A stretch of DNA of 64,000 bases, from positions 10,425-74,424 of the forward strand of contig JAZDPX010000032.1 of assembly GCA_043797125.1 (NCBI GenBank). Direction: 5' to 3'. Positions 61,401-64,000 of the stretch are shown in pieces (within the stretch, counting starts at the first letter, position 1; each line of letters begins with the position of its first letter). This stretch comes from Candidatus Omnitrophota bacterium. Lineage in GTDB: Bacteria; Omnitrophota; Gorgyraeia; JABMRG01; JAFGKX01. Below the pieces are notes generated by a model. The model saw only the letters and a program-made list of their open reading frames with translations. It ran no database searches and was not told the origin of the DNA. The translations under genes were made by a program, and so were the position numbers.

Positions 61401-62986
61401 GTTATACCACCCCGGGAGTTACTTTAATTTCTCCGCCGCCGCATCACGATATTTATTCCATCGAAGACTTAGCGCAGCTGATATTTGATTTAAAGAATGT
61501 AAATCCGAATGCGCGTATAAGCGTAAAACTTGTGTCTGAAATAGGCGTTGGCACTGTCGCGGCAGGTGTTGCCAAGGGCCACGCTGATATGATTTTAATT
61601 TCAGGAGGAGACGGAGGCACGGGCGCATCGCCGAGAAGCTCAATAAGGTATGCAGGCCTGCCATGGGAGCTTGGGCTGTCGGAAACGCATCAAACCCTTG
61701 TTTTAAATGACTTGCGTTCACGGGTCCGTTTGCAAACAGACGGGCAAATGAGGACAGGAAGGGACGTCGCGATAGCGGCGTTTTTAGGCGCCGAGGAATA
61801 CGGTTTCTGCACATCAGCGTTAATTGTGATGGGTTGTGTTATGTTAAGGCATTGCCATTTAAACAACTGTTCTCTTGGCGTTGCGACGCAGGACGCGATG
61901 CTTCAGAAAAGATTCACCGGCAAGCCGGAACACGTGATAAATTATTTTCATTTTATCGCGCAGGAGCTTCGCGAAATTATGGCATCCCTTGGTATGCGGA
62001 CAATAGATGAGATGGTAGGCAGGACAGACCTTTTGGATGTAAATACAGATATAATTCCCGACAAGGCAAAAGGCGCTGATTACGCAAAAATTCTCTATAA
62101 ACCGCAGGCAAGCGAGGATGTCGGAATATATTGTAAAATAAAACAGGATCACGGTATAGATAATGTGCTGGATAAAAAGCTTATAACGCTGTGCCAGGAC
62201 TCTTTAAAAGACAAAAGGCCTGTTAAGGTAGAACTTGAAATTAAAAATACAAACAGGGCAGCCGGGGCAATGTTAAGCGGCAGGTTATGTTCTTTATACG
62301 GCGAGGAGGGCCTTGGCGAGGATACTATCAGTTGTAAATTCAAAGGTATCGCAGGCCAGAGTTTCGGCGCATTTTTAGCGGCGGGAATAACCTTTGAGCT
62401 TGAAGGCATGGCAAATGATTATGTCGGAAAGGGCATCTCAGGCGGGAAAATTATTATATACCCGGACAAAAGAGGAGATTATAAAGCAAGTGAAAACATC
62501 ATAGTAGGAAACACAACATTCTACGGCGCTATCTCAGGCGAGGCGTATATTAACGGGATAGCAGGGGAAAGATTTTGTATTAGAAATTCAGGGCTTTTTG
62601 CTGTTGTTGAGGCCGTAGGAGACCATGGCTGCGAATATATGACAGGAGGCAGGGTGCTTGTCTTGGGCGAAACAGGCAAGAATTTTGCAGCAGGCATGTC
62701 CGGCGGCATTGCGTATGTTTATGATGAAAATAATAATTTTACGGATAAATGCAATATGAAGATGGTCGCCTTGGAAAAAACAACAAAAGATGATGAGGAG
62801 ACTATCTATAGATTATTATACAACCACCATAAATATACCGGCAGCAGCAAGGCTAAAATAATTCTGGATGATCTAAGACAAAAGATGAGCCGATTCGTGA
62901 AAGTAATGCCGATAGAATATAAATATCTATTAGAGGGTATAAAGATTGAAAAACAATTAGATTTGCTGGAGCCGTCTGACGGATAA
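58457..62986 (+). CDS. gltB: Glutamate synthase large subunit
   Basis: HDSCGVGF, HSRYSTNT, EPWDGPA, GAMSFGS, QGAKPGEGGQLPG and 3Fe-4S cysteines. Confidence 0.97.
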   Translation: MKYIGLPKAQGLYDPQFEHDSCGVGFVCNITGEKSNDIVKKGIEVLERLSHRGAVGSDPKTGDGAGLLIQMPHTFLSRQCEERGFSLPGAGEYGAGLVFLPPDENERNFCMDIFKKIISEEGQTLLGFRDVPIDDSVIGKKARDTRPFIRQIFIGKGKNIESQLHLERRLYVIRKCVERAVKKSTLQQKSFFYITNLSSRTLSYKGLLMPEQLDKFFMDLQDSSMQSAICMIHSRYSTNTFPTWDLAQPFRFLAHNGEINTLRGNINWIRARERLLASELFGADIEKIKPVIVEGGSDSAAIDNVFELLVLSGRTLEHSMMTLIPPAWEKDSFLNRQLREFYKYHACIMEPWDGPAAIAFTDGEGIGAVLDRNGLRPARYIITKNDFVVMASEVGVLDIAAQDIKHSGRLQPGKMFFIDTKQKSIIGDDTIKKEAAKLHPYEIWNKENMVDLDTLTWSGLPIKKSADLISDLKAFGYTREDLKMIIAPMAEEGKEPIGSMGNDTPHAFLSAQPQLLYSYFKQLFAQVTNPPIDHIREALVMSMESFVGPEKNMLDETPRHSHKLYVRQPILTSEELDKIRNINVNGFKTKTIYTFFSSESEKDFECALERVCFEAEYAIETGHAFVILSDRGCDKDNIALPSLLAVSAVHQHLVRKNIRSEVGLIIESAEPREVHHFALLFGYGADCINPYLAYEAVEHLSKEGKVAVDCQQALKNYRKAVIDGILKILSKIGISTLRSYRGAQIFEALGINPDVIDKYFSGTVCRIGGAGLKEIAQEYIRRHKEVYMERKIPQPPLATGGVYQWKKDGEFHLWNPESIAALQDAARRADYKRYKEFAGFVNNQKGNPTTLRGLLEFKKANPISIDNVEPAEKIIRRFVTGAMSFGSISKAAHETLAIAMNRLGAKSNTGEGGEDPSRFTLLPNGDSAKSAIKQVASGRFGVTTNYLVNADEIQIKIAQGAKPGEGGQLPGHKVSQIIARTRYTTPGVTLISPPPHHDIYSIEDLAQLIFDLKNVNPNARISVKLVSEIGVGTVAAGVAKGHADMILISGGDGGTGASPRSSIRYAGLPWELGLSETHQTLVLNDLRSRVRLQTDGQMRTGRDVAIAAFLGAEEYGFCTSALIVMGCVMLRHCHLNNCSLGVATQDAMLQKRFTGKPEHVINYFHFIAQELREIMASLGMRTIDEMVGRTDLLDVNTDIIPDKAKGADYAKILYKPQASEDVGIYCKIKQDHGIDNVLDKKLITLCQDSLKDKRPVKVELEIKNTNRAAGAMLSGRLCSLYGEEGLGEDTISCKFKGIAGQSFGAFLAAGITFELEGMANDYVGKGISGGKIIIYPDKRGDYKASENIIVGNTTFYGAISGEAYINGIAGERFCIRNSGLFAVVEAVGDHGCEYMTGGRVLVLGETGKNFAAGMSGGIAYVYDENNNFTDKCNMKMVALEKTTKDDEETIYRLLYNHHKYTGSSKAKIILDDLRQKMSRFVKVMPIEYKYLLEGIKIEKQLDLLEPSDG

Positions 62987-62989
62987 AAG

Positions 62990-63026
62990 AAGTGTAAAGC
63001 GTTAAGTGTAAAGTGTAAAGTTAAAG
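62990..63026. repeat. AAGTGTA heptamer array
   Basis: aagtgta aagcgtt aagtgta aagtgta aagttaa; same unit near 27820-27890. Confidence 0.8.
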
Positions 63027-63037
63027 GATAAAGGAAA

Positions 63038-64000
63038 ATGGGAGATCCGAGAGGATTTTTAAAAACAAAAAGGCAGGAGGCAGGATATAGGCCTGTTTGC
63101 GAACGCATTAAGGATTATAACCCTGCGGCTGTGCTTCATTCGGAAGAAGACGCTAAGCAGCAGGCTTCAAGATGCATGGATTGCGCAACGCCATTTTGTC
63201 ATTGGGGTTGCCCCATAGGCAACTATATACCGGAATGGAACGATTTCGCTTTTAAAGGGAATTGGAAAGAAGCTTTTGAGCTTTTGGAAATTACAAATAA
63301 TTTTCCGGAAATCACGGGAAGGGTTTGTCCCGCGCCATGCGAATATTCATGCGTGTTAGGCATAAACGACGACGCAGTTACAATACGCGAGAACGAACTC
63401 GCTATTATTGAAAATGCGTTTAAAAAAGGGCTGGTTATGCCAAAGCTGCCAAAGATACGCACCGGCAAAAAAATAGCTGTTATAGGTTCCGGCCCAGCGG
63501 GATTAGCAGCTGCTATGCAGCTTAACAGGGTCGGGCATACGGTTTTTGTTTTTGAAAAAGATGAAAAAATAGGAGGCATCTTACGCTACGGCATACCTGA
63601 TTTTAAGCTGGAAAAATCTATTCTTGACAGGCGCATTAAAATTTTGGAAAAAGAAGGTATAAAATTTAAAACTTCCGTTAATGTGGGCATAGATTATCCG
63701 GCTGAAAAATTATTAAAAGACTTCGACGCTATTTGTTTAGCAGGCGGCTGCCGCACTCCGAGGGACCTGTCGATAGAAGGCAGGCAATTAAAAGGCATAT
63801 ATTTTGCAATGGATTATTTGATTCAGTCAAATAAAAAGGTTGCAGGAGAAAAAATTCTCAAAACAGAGCTTATTGACGCAAAAGGCAAAAGAATAGTTGT
63901 TATAGGAGGAGGAGATACAGGTTCAGATTGCGTCGGCACAGCAAACAGGCAGGGTGCGGCATGCGTTACACAGATAGAACTTTTAGCCAAACCTGCGGAA
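63038..64000 (+). CDS. gltD: Glutamate synthase small subunit (runs off the window end)
   Basis: Manual translation: MGDPRGF, QASRCMDC..PFC..GCP, GSGPAG, LRYGIP, GGGDTGSDC. Confidence 0.93.
   Translation, partial: MGDPRGFLKTKRQEAGYRPVCERIKDYNPAAVLHSEEDAKQQASRCMDCATPFCHWGCPIGNYIPEWNDFAFKGNWKEAFELLEITNNFPEITGRVCPAPCEYSCVLGINDDAVTIRENELAIIENAFKKGLVMPKLPKIRTGKKIAVIGSGPAGLAAAMQLNRVGHTVFVFEKDEKIGGILRYGIPDFKLEKSILDRRIKILEKEGIKFKTSVNVGIDYPAEKLLKDFDAICLAGGCRTPRDLSIEGRQLKGIYFAMDYLIQSNKKVAGEKILKTELIDAKGKRIVVIGGGDTGSDCVGTANRQGAACVTQIELLAKPAE

Overview
A roughly 40% GC bacterial chromosomal segment with almost all genes on the + strand. Gene style suggests the PVC group, possibly Ca. Omnitrophota; this is an inference, not demonstrated. 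Housekeeping content: a glycosylation/pilin/RlmB block, a SLAM-like TPR-barrel plus FecR pair, a complete MoxR-DUF58-BatABCDE operon, polX, mnmG, gdhA, carB, guaA, purSQL, hisHF, purF, and a nitrogen-assimilation cluster (amtB-glnK, glnA, gltB, partial gltD). Three signals stand out. (1) Four otherwise unrelated proteins share an N-terminal signal-peptide-like leader ending in an 'LR(P/G/A)x(A/S)' motif and an Ala-terminal tail, wrapped around normally cytoplasmic enzyme domains: a 2215-aa PGK-TPI giant, a circularly permuted iPGM, a PfkB kinase and a HATPase protein. These are a candidate family of exported metabolic effectors. (2) An apparent nitrogen cascade: a GAF-ANTAR antiterminator, ANTAR-type hairpin/terminator leaders before a small sigma-70 gene and glnA, and a shared GGTTACCA-N8-AAAAATTTACTT promoter-like motif before amtB and glnA. 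(3) Many small repeats: CTTAAG-centred perfect palindromes, GTAG-REPs, 7/8-mer arrays and long fold-backs. Some sit in frame inside genes, and one forms the linker of an MnmG-radical SAM fusion. No rRNA, tRNA or CRISPR array was seen.
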